This document shows positions 1-14,605 of a stretch of 64,000 nucleotides of DNA, in pieces. Location: NCBI GenBank assembly GCA_951406725.2, contig OX597824.1, positions 19,902,001 to 19,966,000 of the forward strand. The letters run 5' to 3'. The notes beneath the pieces were generated by a model. That model was not told the origin of the DNA, did not search any database, and was given only the letters and a program-made list of their open reading frames with translations. Each line of letters opens with the position of its first letter. Positions within the stretch are counted from its first letter, which is position 1. The position numbers and the translations under genes were made by a program. The stretch is from Octopus vulgaris. Its lineage: Eukaryota.

Positions 1-696
1 ATAGATATATATATATATATACATATAGATATACATTTATTATATAGATATATCTATGCGTATGTTTGTATATATATATATATATATATATATACAAACA
101 TACGCATAGATATATATATATATGTGTGTATGTATGTATGTGTATATATGTATGTATGAAGACATGTAGCTTTGTAAGTAAGAGTCTGTGTATGAACATT
201 TGGTTTGTGTGTGTGTGTGGCGGGTGGGAGTGGGGGGGTGTTGCTGGTGACTTAAAAATTGTGGCATAATTAGAATTCTGGTGTAAAGGTGTCAAAATTT
301 TAATTAGGAGTCAGCATATGTGTACCATCTTTTGTATGTAGATGTGTGTATATATATGTATATATATATAGATGTATAGATGTACATAGACATCATCTGT
401 ATGGATGTGAGACGTGTATTCTGTGGCTAGGTGAACGTCACATATGGCTCCCACCTATCCCTCTTTCTCCCCTCCCTCCCTCTCTGTCTCTCTCTCTCTC
501 TCTATCACCTAACACATGTATATAGACATACCTTTCTCTCTCATGTATGTATATATATATATATATATATATATAGTGTCTGGTATATACAGTCTTATAC
601 ATATGAATTACGTTTGTATCACTTACATCCTGCATATTTTTACCTTTTCTCATATATACATATATATATACATACATATACATATATATACATATA

Positions 697-744
<48 letters not shown>

Positions 745-759
745 CATATATATATATAC

Positions 760-846
<87 letters not shown>

Positions 847-1768
847 CATACATGCAGACACACACTTCTAGTTAATGGTCTTAACCATAATCAAGGAATA
901 GTGTTGTTATATGGTTACTCATTTCTTAGAAATATCTTTGTCTTTTTCTCTTTTTTTCTTTCTTTTTTTCTTTCTTTTTTTCTTTTTCTGATGGAAAACC
1001 TAAAAATTAATGCAAAGAATTATAAAGAAACAACAAAAAAAAAGACATTTCTTTGTGCATGTGTGTGTGTGTGTGAGTGTACGTGTGGAATTTTAAATTA
1101 TTAAAAATGCTACTTTTAAACCCCCCCTCCCCCCTCTGCAACAAAAAAAAACAACAAAAAAACGAATAAAAATGTTGTCCTTAATTAGGTCAAAAGAAAC
1201 AGAAAGCTGAAGATTTCTTCTTCTTCTTCTGCTTCTTCCACAGATGGCTGTGGGCCTTCCTCCGATTTCTTGCTCCGACTTCTGGCAGCCAGCATGTGTG
1301 TGTGTGTGTGCATGCATGTGTGTGTGTGTGTATTCTTTAGATGTCCTCCTAATGAGTATATTACAAAGCTCGGTGAATAGTGGCGGTGTAACGTGGTGGT
1401 ATTGGCGGTGGCGCGATGTGTGTTTCTTGGATTCTTTACCCATTTGTTTCGGTTCCCCACCCTCTTGCCCCCTACTTCATTATTCTCTCTCTCTCTCTTT
1501 CTTTCTCTCTCTCTCTCTCTCTCTCTCTACTCTACCCTGTGTCTGTGCATCTCCAGCATATGTGTGCATATGTATATACATATGTATGCATATGTATATG
1601 TATATACATATGTTCATGTGTGTATATGTATGTATATACATTTGTGTATTAGGTAAATATAGGATTTTTCTTATTAAACATGATGTCTTTAGATATACAA
1701 GCATACACGTTCACATGACTACATACCTTTCGCTGTATATGCATAGAAACAAAAAGTGTATAGAAATA

Positions 1769-1804
<36 letters not shown>

Positions 1805-2082
1805 TGTATGTATATAGGAGCATACATATCAATTTAATATTAATCATAAGAATACCAGTAATGACATGTCTAAATATATAACTAGATGAATATACACACT
1901 CGACCACATAAAATTATTACATTCATATGCATATATATATATATGCATATGAATGTTGCAAATTACTTGTTTGTGTGTGTATACGTATATATATATGTAT
2001 ATATATATATATATATATATACACACAAACAAGTAATTTTGATTCTGTTTATGTAGTCACCATGTTAACAAACATGCGTGTG

Positions 2083-2130
<48 letters not shown>

Positions 2131-2200
2131 AACAATCATTGTTGTGTATGTTAACATATGTATGCCATCACCTATGTACGAAAAGATGTGTATATAATAA

Positions 2201-2234
<34 letters not shown>

Positions 2235-3262
2235 ACATCAGTTTTATACATCTTAGCATATATATGCACTGTCCTCTTGTTGTATGCTGATGTATATATG
2301 CATATGTGTGTGGTAGTGTGTATATGTGTGTGCATGTGTATATGTGTGTATGTATATGTGTGTGTATGTAGTGTGTGTATATATATGTATGTATGTAGGT
2401 GTGTGTGTGTGTGCGTATATATATGTGTGTGTGTATCTGTATATACGTGTGTGTGCACATAGATGTGTGTGTATCTGTATATGTGTGTGCATCTGCATGT
2501 ATATGTGTGCGTGTGTATATATATGTATGCATATGTATAGATGTGTGTGTGTGTTTGTACTGTAAGCTAGCACTACCTAGCCTCTGTGATAGGTGTGGAA
2601 CGTAATGTTACTCTCATAGCATTACAAGGATGATGATGATGATGATGATGCTGTCTCTGCAGTTTTCAGTGGTTCACTTTTAATTTAAAATCACTTTTTA
2701 TTGTCTACTTGTCTGTCTGTCTGCCTGCTTATTCATCTCTCTAATGTATAACGGTAAGCATGTTCCACAATAATATGTGCGTGTGTCTGTGTGTCCATCC
2801 ATCCATCCATCCATCTCTGCCTTACCTTCTGTGAGAGTATAGGCTCCTGTCCTCTATATATATATATATACTCCCATTTTCCAGGATGTGTGTGTGTGTG
2901 TGTGTGATTTGGAAGTATTCTCTATATATATAATCTTCTTTATATATATGAAAAAAAAAAAAGTGGGGGTGGAAGGGAAGAAAAAATGAAATAGAATTAA
3001 AATCATTCCAGGAAAACAAAAACAAAAATTTAAAAAAAACTAAAAAAAAATTTCCCCTCCCTCCCTCCCTTCCATCCTCTTTCATTTTCTCCCTTCATCC
3101 CCCCCCCCATATTTCCCCCCCACTCCCCATCCTCCACCTCTGCATCCTTTCTCTCTTCTTTCCTTAGTTGGATGCATACACATTCCTGGTGGTTTTAAAA
3201 GCTCTCAATTTTCTTGTTGTGCTTAATTTTATTTCATCTTCGAATCTGACCGTCAACTGATA

Positions 3263-3301
<39 letters not shown>

Positions 3302-4147
3302 AAACCACATATATATATATATATACACACACATATAAAATTACATATACACATACACACAATCACAGAAACTTTCGGTCTACTTCAAGAAATATTTCTT
3401 TTATTCTTTTGAATCACTTCATTTTGAAGCTTGACTCTGGTATATTCTTCATCATTTTTTTTTTTTTTTTTAGTGTGTATGCATGTATGTATTTTTTTTT
3501 TCAATTCTTTTTTTTTTTTTAATATATATTTACTACTGTTCTATCTATGTCCTCCTCCGCCTCCATCACCATCACCATCACCGCCACTGATGTGTCTTTG
3601 TCTCTTGTCACCCACCCTCATGTCTACTTTCGAAGGAAAAAGAAAAAAAAAAAATAGAGAGAGAGAGAGAGACAAAATACAATATTACTTAGAATGTACC
3701 GTCAGACAATTTGATGGGTGTTTGACAGTGACAAGAATATTTCTAACAGACATTTTTGGAAATGATTCTAACACCAATGATGTCATAGATCCTTAGAAAT
3801 CTTGGAAATTCCGAAATTGCATTGCACAACTTCTGTTTGTCTCTCTGTCTTTTTCTCTCTATCCATCTGTCTGTCTATCTATCTACTCCCCCTCTCTATA
3901 TCTCCCCCTCTTTCTCGACCCCTTCTCTCTATTTCCTGTTGTTTATTCGTCACTCAGTCTCACATGTCAATGATGAGTTCATTCGTTGTCATTTGAGCAC
4001 CTGGTGTTCCTGAGTCTCAGCAGAAGCACTCGCTAAGGTCACAAGCAGAATATTTACCAAAAGAGCAGTGGTTTATGAAATTGAACTGCATCCAGTGGCA
4101 AGACTCCATCTTAAGAACCGAGTCTCTAACATTCCCCTTATTGCTTA

Positions 4148-4517
4148 CTAGCAGTATCGCCCGGTGTTGCTCAGGTTTGTAAGGGAAATAACTATAAAGC
4201 ATTTTGAGAGAGTTATAGCCAAAAAATGGGGAAAAAATGATGGTAAATTTTTTTTGAGTTAAAAAAGGTCGAGTTGCGTCCCCTAGACAGTCTGTGGTTT
4301 GTGTTTCTGATTCTCGACCCCATGTCGTTTATCGATTTTTTTCAGAACTGGGGGAACTTTTCAAAATTTTCGCTGCGTTAGTTTTGAATTATGACATTGG
4401 GCTATGTGTGTGTCAAGTTTCATCAGAATCGGTTGAAAGCTGTGGTCAGGGTGAGGGTACAACCAAACAGACACACAGAAACACACACAGACAAACTGCC
4501 GTTTATATAGAGAGAGA
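4148..4517 (-). mobile_element. Non-autonomous Helitron-like element
   Basis: On the minus strand it starts TC (A|TCTCTCTCTATATAAA at 4517) and ends in a GC-rich subterminal hairpin plus CTAG|T (4148-4175). Inserted between A and T with no TSD. The 3' end is shared with the element at 16856. Confidence 0.8.
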
Positions 4518-4703
4518 TTCTTCTCTGGCGTAGAGATGGCAGAACTGGTCAAGAGCCATAGGACATTGATCAGAAATCAGACGATCTTGTGGTTAAAGCA
4601 TACAAGACTCTGGGGAGAGCTGGCCCTGGATGTGACACACAGCCACACCAGTGTTTGAACACAACCTCCCTAAGGTCACCTAAATCAATGCCACTTTTTA
4701 AGG

Positions 4704-4860
4704 GTTAACTCTTTTATTACCATATTTTCATTGAAATATAGTTTCAGTTGATTTTGGAAATACTGAAGAATTTGGTAAACTTTTGGAGAATTTATTCAGC
4801 TCAACTTTGGAAAATAAGTTAATTTGAAATTTTAATGCAAGGCTCATTGTAGATTATTTT
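4704..4860 (-). mobile_element. Degenerate TTAA-type (piggyBac-like) MITE fragment
   Basis: TTAACTCTTTTATTACCATATT...GAAGAATTTGGTAAA is the reverse complement of the right part of the MITE at 21575 and 46302. Confidence 0.55.
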
Positions 4861-4937
4861 AATCTGTTAGCATTCAGATTATTCTGTTAAGTGTAATGTT
4901 TATATATTCATGTTAGGGACAACCTAGATGAGGGATT

Positions 4938-5502
4938 AGTGTAAGCATCTTGAGGGAAAGGTTGGGCATAAGAGGCATCAGATGTGGTGTGCAAGAGAGA
5001 CGACTGTGCTGGTATGGTCATGTGATGCGTATGGACAAGGACAGCTGTGTTAAGAAGTGCCGATCTCTAACTGGAGGGAGCCTGTGGTAAAGATAGACCC
5101 AGGAAGACATGGGACGAGGTTGTGAAGCATGATCTTTGAACTTTGGGCCTCACAGAGGAAATGACTAGTGACTGAGACCTTTGGCGATATACTGTGCTTG
5201 AGAAGACCTGGTCAAGCCAAGTGAAATCATAGTCGTGGTTCATGCTGGTGTCTCGTAACCGGCATGTAAAAAGCACCTCTCGAGGCAAAGTAGCTGATGC
5301 CAGTGGCACACGAAAAGCTCATTTCAAGTGTTGGGCCACATGGAGGCAATGACCAAGACTTTCAGCATTATGTCATGGTTGAGATGACCCACCAAGCTAA
5401 GTAAAATCAAAATCATAGCAGATACCGGTGGCACAAAAATGGCACCCATACCGGTGCCACATAAAAGCACCCGTTACACTCTCGGGGTGGTTGGCATTAG
5501 GA
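4938..5502 (+). mobile_element. RTE-clade LINE 3' fragment (decayed ORF C-terminus + 3' UTR)
   Basis: From 4938 it translates SVSILRERLGIRGIRCGVQERRLCWYGHVMRMDKDSCVKKCRSLT, then after a frameshift EGACGKDRPRKTWDEVVKHDL*TLGLTEEMTSD*DLWR. These are the RTE motifs RRLxWxGHVxR and RPRKTW. The 3' UTR (GGTGGCAC..AAAAGCACC modules, GTGGTTGGCATTAGGAA) is homologous to 61440-61703. Confidence 0.88.
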
Positions 5503-6239
5503 ATAATAATGGCACAAGTGCATACAAACACATGAAGGGCTTGTTTTAAGATTCTGTCTACTAAGTCCACTCACAGTGCAGGTCGATAGTAGAAGACACT
5601 TGTTCAAGGTGTCACACGGTGGGACTGAACCTGAAAACACTTGGTTGGGAAACAAACTTCTTACCTACAACAGCCATGCATTGATTACATATGACTCTCA
5701 ACATGGCTCTTAGGTCCTGGGGTCAAATTTATCCAACCTGCTTAGTTTAGGATCTGGACCCTAACCAATTAATTACTTTTGAGCATCTCGCTTAGAGGTA
5801 GTGAAATAGCAGTATTTAGGCCAGTTTCTTGCATTCCGAGTTCAAATCCTACAAAAGTCGACTTTGGTAGCTTTTATTTTTTTTTACTTGTTTCAGCCTT
5901 ATCAGTCCAAAGAATCAGAGATATTCAGTGATAGATTGCATGTTAGTGTGGTCAATCCAGCCATGACCATCCTGTTTTTTTTTGTTTTTTTGTTTTTGAG
6001 ATATTTCTTCTGGGACTAAGTATTCTAATATGTCCTTTTCCGTTTTGTTTTAAAAATGCTAGAGTGCGATATGGAGGTGGATTAAGTTACTATTTTTAAC
6101 AGATCAAGTAACCACATCGAGGCAACCTTGTTGGTTCCTGGTACCATCCATTTGCAACTTTGGTATGATACCATGAATTTTTCTTGAAGAGTACAATTGC
6201 TTGAATCAACTTTGGTCCCTGGTTACCATGGCAATGATG

Positions 6240-6415
6240 CGGCCCCTTTCTGGTTGCTCACCCTGTTAGAAATAAGCAAGTAAAATTCACACTTTAACAA
6301 ATCAAACCAACGCGACACCTCAGACAATACAGTTCTAGTTGCACTGGATGGTCATGATTAGAACTCCTTTGATAAGTCTGCTGGATCTGTGCTGACCTGG
6401 GGCTAAACAACGACA
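6240..6415 (+). mobile_element. Old retroposon tail (TAGAAATAGC...GATGGTCATGG...CTGGGGCTAAACAAC family)
   Basis: Homologous to 53510-54330 and, in reverse, to 5890-6125. Confidence 0.5.
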
Positions 6416-6590
6416 TCCCGTACTTGGCTGGTACTTGTTTCATTAACCCCAAAAGGCTGCAAGGCAAAGTCAACCTTGGGAAAATTCGAACCTAAAAGCC
6501 GGGAGTGCTTCTAAACATTTGTCTCTTGCACACTAACAACTCTGCCAGCTCACTCCCTTGGATAATAATAATAATAATAATAATAATAAT

Positions 6591-6891
6591 CTCTAGGAAT
6601 GATAAAAAAAGGCACTGAAACCTATTTGAAAATGATTCCAGGCTTACCATCCCTACAGGAAGTGCAAAAAATCGTATTAACTGGAACGGCTCATGTACTG
6701 AGAAGAGCAATATCGCTGTGAGAATAACATCCATCCATGAATTTATTTATTTATTAATTTTTAAATAGATATTTTATCTGTGAATTTGCGCGTGTAATCT
6801 GGGAATGCATACAATGCCCTTCTCTGCCCTAGGTGTATGGAAAACACTCGGCGAGAAACGGAAGAAAATTTGAAGAAAGAAGGAAAAAAAC
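6591..6891 (+). mobile_element. R4/Dong-clade non-LTR retrotransposon 3' end inserted in (TAA)n
   Basis: 6593-6721 translates LGMIKKGTETYLKMIPGLPSLQEVQKIVLTGTAHVLRRAISL*, matching the QKxxLxGTAxxLR C-terminus of restriction-like-endonuclease R4/Dong elements. Flanked on both sides by (TAA)n, the known Dong target. Confidence 0.85.
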
Positions 6892-7529
6892 ATAATAATA
6901 ATAATAATAATGGTTTAGGTACAAGGCCAGCAATGCTAAAAGCACTAAGGGCCAGTAGTGGTATTTAGCTGGACAATAGATTATGTTTACGGCTCAATTA
7001 AGGCCACTGTAGGATTTGAACTCAGAGTGTAAAAAGCCCGATCAAATATTGCAAGGCATTTCATCCACTGCTCCGGGCCACTTCCATAAATCTTGTGGCA
7101 TTTCATCCATCTTTGTGTTTTTGAGTTCAAATTCTGCCAAGGTCAACTTTCCATCTTTTTGGGGGCTCCTGAAATTAAGTGCCAGCCGAGCACTGGTGGG
7201 AGTGATGCAATTGATTTATGCATCCGATAAAATTCCAGGCCTTGTGCCTAGAAGTAAAGCGATTGTTGTTGTTGTTCGGGTTTAATGGAAAACCGTTTTA
7301 CTTTGTTCTCCATTGAATTTGCTGTTTATGCTTTTAATGTGGAGTTTTAATTATGGTCAAAGTTGATACACACACGCACACACACACAGACATGCGCGCA
7401 CATACACACGCAGCCTTTTAAACCGAAAAAGCTTATTCCATAAGTCTTCCTCAAATAATTTTGCAGCCTTCACACACATATATGCATGTGTGTACGACAC
7501 AAGAATACACATGTATGCATTAGTGTGAA

Positions 7530-7784
7530 TATATGCTTGTGTGTATGTATATATATATGCTTGTGTGTATGTGTATATATATATATATGTATGTATATAT
7601 ATATGCTTGTGTGTATGTATATATATATATATATATATATATGCTTGTGTGTATGTATATATATATATATGCTTGTGTGTATGTATATATATATATATGC
7701 TTGTGTGTATGTATATATATATATGCTTGTGTGTATGTATATATATATATATATGTTTGTGTGTATGTATATATATGCTTGTGT

Positions 7785-7820
<36 letters not shown>

Positions 7821-7830
7821 GCTTGTGTGT
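7530..7830. repeat. Minisatellite ATATGCTTGTGTGTATG(TA)n, about 10 units
   Basis: Repeated GCTTGTGTGTATG cores separated by TA runs of variable length. Confidence 0.9.
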
Positions 7831-7849
7831 ATATATAAATGTATGTATG

Positions 7850-7882
<33 letters not shown>

Positions 7883-8223
7883 ACATATATATATAAGTGC
7901 TTGTGTATATACATGCAGCTCACTACATATCTACGTATAGATAGATATATCTGCGTGATTTTGAAATTAATAGCTTTACATATCCAACCATAAATTGTAG
8001 AGATCTCGCTGAAATTTTCACCATCTGTAATTTTATAAAGTGTCCCTCAATACCTTCCTTTGTTGTTGTGTGGGCCCCCTCCCACCCCCCAAAACCTTAA
8101 TATTTTAGAATTAAAAGCCCTATTGTTTCACCTCTCTTGCTCTCTCTCCCTCATGCACACACTCAAAGATATAGATGCATGTGTGCGTGTGTATATATAT
8201 ATATACATATATACATACACATA

Positions 8224-8263
<40 letters not shown>

Positions 8264-8379
8264 TATATATATATATATAGATAGGATGTTTCTCTTTATC
8301 TCTTTCTCTACATATATAAAAGGCATGCACACACACAAACACATGTAACAAAGTATATACAATTATATATATGTAAATG

Positions 8380-8444
<65 letters not shown>

Positions 8445-8885
8445 CTATATATATATATACATACATACATACATACATATAATTTAGGTGTATGTATGTG
8501 TGTGTGTGTGTGTGTATATAGATAGATATATATATGATGATGATATATATATATATATGTAGTCATATTTTGGTGTTGAAAGCATATTAGTACCTCATCA
8601 TCACCACCGCCGCCACCACGTTCCTCTGTCTCTCCCTCCCTCCTCCCACACCCTTGCTGCCTCACCCTTACCTGCACTACTCCCCCACCCCCACCTCAAC
8701 CCTCTACTATTCTGTCTTATATTCATACAGTTCTATTGATTTTAATATATCATTATCTTTATGTGGAATCATCAACCGATCCAGCAATATACAACCCGAA
8801 CCCACCATCCACCCCCCTCCCCCCCTCTCTCTCTCTTTCCCTCTCACACCGCATACACGTGTGTGTATTAGTGTATTATATGTAT

Positions 8886-8931
<46 letters not shown>

Positions 8932-9001
8932 GCATGTATATATACATGTAGATGTAAGTATGTACATATATGTATGTATATATGCATATATTTTATTTAT
9001 T

Positions 9002-9041
<40 letters not shown>

Positions 9042-9102
9042 TAGTGCATTATATATATATATATATAGATATAGATAATCTTAGAAACCAAATCCAAAAG
9101 CG

Positions 9103-9145
<43 letters not shown>

Positions 9146-9188
9146 CATTCATATATATATATATATATGGGTGCATCTACATACACAG

Positions 9189-9242
<54 letters not shown>

Positions 9243-9520
9243 ATAGTTTTGGTTGTGTGTTTACATGCATATATATATATATATATACACATACACACAC
9301 ATATATATATATATATATTTGTATATATATATAATCTTTAGGGTTAGTCTTTAACAGATTTACCTCTCAAATACAGCTCTTCATTAAAATATGTGGACGT
9401 CCCTCTTCTCGCCGCCACCTCCTGGGCCTTCTTCTTCTTTTCTTTTTTTTTTTTTGACTTTATCCTCGGTGCATCAATGTATGCATGTGTATGTGTGTTG
9501 CGAAGAGAAGTGTACACTGC

Positions 9521-9572
<52 letters not shown>

Positions 9573-10273
9573 CAGTGTATATATAAATGTTCTCTCTTCC
9601 ACTTCACATATTTGCCGTTGCAGGCTAGCATTACACTTGGAAAGCTATGTGCACTTGCGTGTGTATATATACACTCACATGCGTATACAAATGTATATGC
9701 ATGCATGTGTGTGTGTGTATATACATGTATGTATGTATGTATATATCCATACATACATGCACAAGACTACACTTTGAGCATTTGCATTCTTCAACCTATA
9801 CACATGGAGTTACAACGGTCAAACCATTATTTTTATTCTTATTTTTTTAAATATATTTTTTATTATAATTTTACTTAGGTTTTATTTTTACTTTATTTTA
9901 TTTTATTGATTAATGTCTGAAGAATCACAGCAGAATTTTTAGCCAGAAGCTTCTTTCTCCTCCACCCCCCGCCCTTGTCTTTTATTCCGCCCAACCCTGT
10001 AACCAAAAACAAAATGTAAAGAAGAATTAAATAAATGAAAGAAAACAATATAAATTAAGGAAGAAAACAAATATTTTCACCAAAAAATATAGAAACTAAA
10101 AAGAAAAACTTATTGGAATTGCTTAGGAATTCTATTATAACTTAGCTAGAAGCAGAACATTCACCGTTTCTGCCGAGTCATCCTGCTCTGCTTCCATCAG
10201 GTCTCAACACTACAACCAACTACAATAATAATGTAAATAAAATAAAATAAATGAATTTTTTTATTTTTTTAAA

Positions 10274-10562
10274 ATGTATGTATGTATGCATATATGTATG
10301 TACGTATGTATGTATATATGTGTGTGTGTGTGTGTGTGTATATGTATGTATATATATATATGTATGTATGTGTGTGTGTGTATATGTATGTATGTGTATA
10401 TATGTATGTATGTGTGTGTATATATGTATGTATGTGTATATATGTATGTATGTGTATATGTATGTATGTATGTGTATATGTATGTATGTATGTGTATATA
10501 TATATGTATGTATGTATGTGTATATATATATGTATGTATGTGTGTATATATATATATATATA

Positions 10563-10593
<31 letters not shown>

Positions 10594-10870
10594 GTGTGTA
10601 TATATATGTATGTATATGTGTGTGTATATATATGTATGTATATATATATGTGTGTATTTATGTGTATGTATATATATGTGTATATATATATGTGTGTATT
10701 TATGTGTATGTATATATATGTGTATGTCTGTGTGTATATATATATGTATGTGTGTATGTATGTATGCGTGTGTGTGTGTATATATATATATATGTATATA
10801 TGTGTATGTATATATATGTGTGTATGTATATATATGAATGCATGCGTGTGTGTGTGTGTGTGTGTGTGTG
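10274..10870. repeat. Compound (TA)/(TG)/(TATG) microsatellite
   Basis: Directly visible; source of many spurious ORFs. Confidence 0.95.
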
Positions 10871-11436
10871 CTTTAATGTATTTCTTTGACGTTCCCACAC
10901 TTTTTCCTCTCCTCTCCGAAAACTGCAATGTTGGAATTGGTGACAGTAGTCTTTGAGTAGCGGCAGTGATTACATTGGTGGTGGCTGTGCAGTGTAGCGC
11001 ACAGGAGGTTCGAGTAAGGAAGTGAAGAGAGAGAGAGAGAGAGAGAGAGAAGGAAAGGGAAAGATAGGAAGAGAAAGATAGAGCATCCAAGTTCGAGGAA
11101 GGTGTCAGTGGAGTGGTCATGGTGGTGGTGGTGGTGGTGGTGGTATGAGGCCACTGCCGAGGCTATGCCACAACAGCACTATGCACATGAGAGAGAAAAA
11201 GAAGCGGTGGGGGGGAGGGGAGTTCATCATCATCATTATTATTATTATTATTATTATTATTTTCATTTTTTTTTAATTGATTTTTATATGTATTTCTTTC
11301 CCGCCCATCCCCCCCACCCCCGCCACTCCCCCACTTTCCAAGAACATTGAGTTGCGTTGTAATGCATGGGGAAATGTAGTTTCATCACAGTTATATCATA
11401 TCTTTTCTCACCTTCTCACATAGCGAGAAGATAGAT

Positions 11437-11437
11437 A

Positions 11438-11483
<46 letters not shown>

Positions 11484-12162
11484 GTATATGTATATATATG
11501 TATATATATGTATATGTATATATATGTATATATATGTATATATATATATATGTATATATGTGTATATATATATATATGTATATATATGTATATGTATATA
11601 TATGTATATATATGTATATATATATATGTATATATATGTATATATATATATATGTATATATATGTATATGTATATGTATATATATGTATATATATATGTA
11701 TATGTATATATATGTATATATATATGTATATGTATATATATGTATATATATATGTATATGTATGTATATATATGTATGTATATGTATGTATATATATGTA
11801 TGTATATGTGTATATGTATATATATGTATGTATATGTGTATATGTATATATATATGTATGTATGTATATATATATGTATGTATGTGTATATATATGTATA
11901 TGTATATATATGTATGTATATATATGTATATGTATATATATGTATATATATGTATGTATATATATATGTATGTATGTGTATATATATGTATATGTATATA
12001 TATGTATGTATATATATGTATATGTATATATATGTATATATATGTATATGTATATATATGTATGTATATGTATATATATGTGTATATATATGTATATGTA
12101 TATATATGTATATATATGTATATGTATATATATGTATATGTATATATATGTATATATATATG

Positions 12163-12195
<33 letters not shown>

Positions 12196-12285
12196 GTATA
12201 TATATGTATATGTGTATATATGTATATATATATATGTATGTATATGTATATATATGTATATATATATATATATATATACATACAC
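11437..12285. repeat. Long (TA)nTG compound microsatellite
   Basis: About 850 bp of TATATG variants. Confidence 0.95.
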
Positions 12286-12837
12286 ATCATGCACGTGCAT
12301 ATATGTATGTTGCGTGTGCGTAATGCTTTTTTTTTTATTTATTTATTTTTTTTTTTTGTTCTTGTCTCCCACCTTAATCATTTGTTCAGTTTTCAAAAAT
12401 TGCCAAATTGGAATTAGGTTTCATGGAATGTACTGAGAGCAATGAAGGGTAGGGTCGGGTAGGGTGGAACCGATTCTTTGCATCGGTGCACTACTGTCTT
12501 AGAAAGAGAAACGACGGGAGATGTAGAGAGAGAAGCCTCTTGGAACTACCTACTGCAAGAAATAGCTGCAACGCAAAACTCAAACGAGGTGTTGCATTAT
12601 TCTTGTTGTTCTCAAAAAAAAAAGAAAAAAAAAGTAACAACAAAAGTAATAAAATATCTATCTTTTTAAAGAATTTTAAGATTCTTTGATAACATATAAT
12701 TTCCATTCCAGTTTATCTCGTTGCTGATTCACCCATTTATCTGACCAATTCTTTAAGAAAAGTACTGCAATTTTTAATAAACTGCTGTTTGTCTTTGGTG
12801 GTGGTGGTGGCAACGGCAGTGGTGGCTGGTTTGTTTA

Positions 12838-13242
12838 CTCTTACTCTTTTTACTCGTTTACTTGTTTCAGTCATTTGACTGCGGCCATGCTGGAGCACCG
12901 CCTTTAGTCGAGCAAATCGACCCCCGGGACTTGTTCTTTGTAGGCCCAGTACTTATTCTATTGGTCTCTTTTCGCCGAACCGCTAAGTGACGGGAACGTA
13001 AACACACCAGCATCGGTTGTCAAGCAATGCTAGGGGGACAAACACACACACACACATACATATATATATACATATATACGACGGGCTTCTTTCAGTTTCC
13101 GTCTACCAAATCCACTCACAAGGCATTGGTCGGCCCGGAGCTATAGCAGAAGACACTTGCCCAAGATGCCACGCAGTGGGACTGAACCCGGAACCATGTG
13201 GTTGGTTAGCAAGCTACTTACCACACAGCCACTCCTACGCCT
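12838..13242 (-). mobile_element. tRNA-derived SINE, family 1 (octopus OK/OR-type), full length
   Basis: Minus-strand head with A box TGGCTGTGTGG and B box GGTTCAGTCCC, a CTTGGGCAAGT CORE-like block, an internal TA/CA microsatellite and a (GAGTAAAA)-like tail. TSD GTTTGTTTA at 12829-12837 and 13243-13251. Confidence 0.92.
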
Positions 13243-13502
13243 GTTTGTTTATTTGGAAGCCTGGCTGGTTCTCTTCTCTGCAAACTTTCAGTTCAGTTTG
13301 GTTTGGTTCGGTTCGGTTTGGTTCTGCTGAATCAGTTCTTGCGGTCGTCCGCTTCATTTTGCTGGGACGGTCGTCGATGGCTCGTTAGTCAGTTGTTCCT
13401 AATTATGTTCCTAATTTAGTCTCGAAATGTCCAATCTCCACCTTTGTTCCCCCTCACCCTCCCAAAAATGTATTCAATTTCCATTTCCACAAGCATGCAT
13501 AT

Positions 13503-13914
13503 ATTCTCTTTACTCTTTTACTCTTTTACTTATTTCAGTCATTTGACTGTCGCCATGCTGGAGCACCGCCTTTAATCGAGCAAATCGACCCCAGGACTTA
13601 TTCTTTGTAAGCCTAGTACTTATATTCTATCGGTCTCTTTTGCCGAACCTCTAAGTGACGGGGACATAAACACACCACCATCGGTTGTCAAGCAATGCTA
13701 GGGGGACAAACACAAACATACACGCACACATATATATACATACATATATACGACGGGCTTCTTTCAGTTTCTGTCTACCAAATCCACTCACATGGCTTTG
13801 GTCGGCCCGAGGCTATAGTAGAAGACACTTGTCCAAGGCGCCACGCAGTGGGACTGAACCCGGAACCATGTGGTTGGTAAACAAGCTACTTACCACACAG
13901 CCTCTCCTGCGCCT
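13503..13914 (-). mobile_element. SINE family 1, full length
   Basis: Highly similar to 12838-13242 over its whole length. Confidence 0.92.
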
Positions 13915-14173
13915 TATTGGGAAAATTCTTCCTTCCCATGGTTTATTAATAAATTCTGTTGTTGTTGTTATTGTTGTCCGTATCAATCCAATGTATCCCA
14001 TTTCATTTCAATTCCTTGTTCCTGTCTCCTAGCTCCCATTGTCTCTGATAGGCAGGCACAACTGTGGAATATTGTAAATTCTTTGTGATAGTTAGTTTCA
14101 GTGTTTGTGGGGGTGGTTACTGGAGAAGGGGGTACAAAGTGGAGGAGGTGCGTTGGTATTTGTCTATTTGTAG

Positions 14174-14399
14174 GTGAGCTGGCAGAAACGTTAGCACGCC
14201 GGGCGAAATGCTTAGCAGTATTTCATCTGCGTTACGTTGTGAGTTTAAATTCCGCCGAGGTCGACTTTGCCTTTCATCCTTTCGGGGTCGATAAATTAAG
14301 TACCAGTTACGCACTGGGGTCGATGTAATCGACTTAATACCTATTTCTGTCCTTGTTTGTCCCCTCTGTTTAGCCCCTTGTGGGCAGTAAAGAAATAGA
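14174..14399 (+). mobile_element. tRNA-derived SINE, family 2, tail B (…GTGGGCAGTAAAGAAATAG)
   Basis: A box TGGCAGAAACG, B-box-like GAGTTTAAATTC, and central GCCTTTCATCCTTTCGGGGTCGATAAATTAAGTACCAG (resembles the MetaSINE domain from memory). 17-bp TSD TATTTGTCTATTTGTAG at 14157-14173 and 14400-14416. Confidence 0.92.
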
Positions 14400-14605
14400 T
14401 ATTTGTCTATTTGTAGACCATGACCAATTCCACCTGACAACGATCAATTCTTGGGTTTGTTCTTCTCAGTGTGTCTTATATAATGGGTGAAGATGTAGTC
14501 GTGTGGTAAAAAGTTCGCTTCCCATCCCCGTGATTCCGAGTTCGGTCCCACTTTCGTTTCGACTCCACAGCCCTGACTCTGAAAGATTCTCAGGTGCAAA
14601 CAGTT

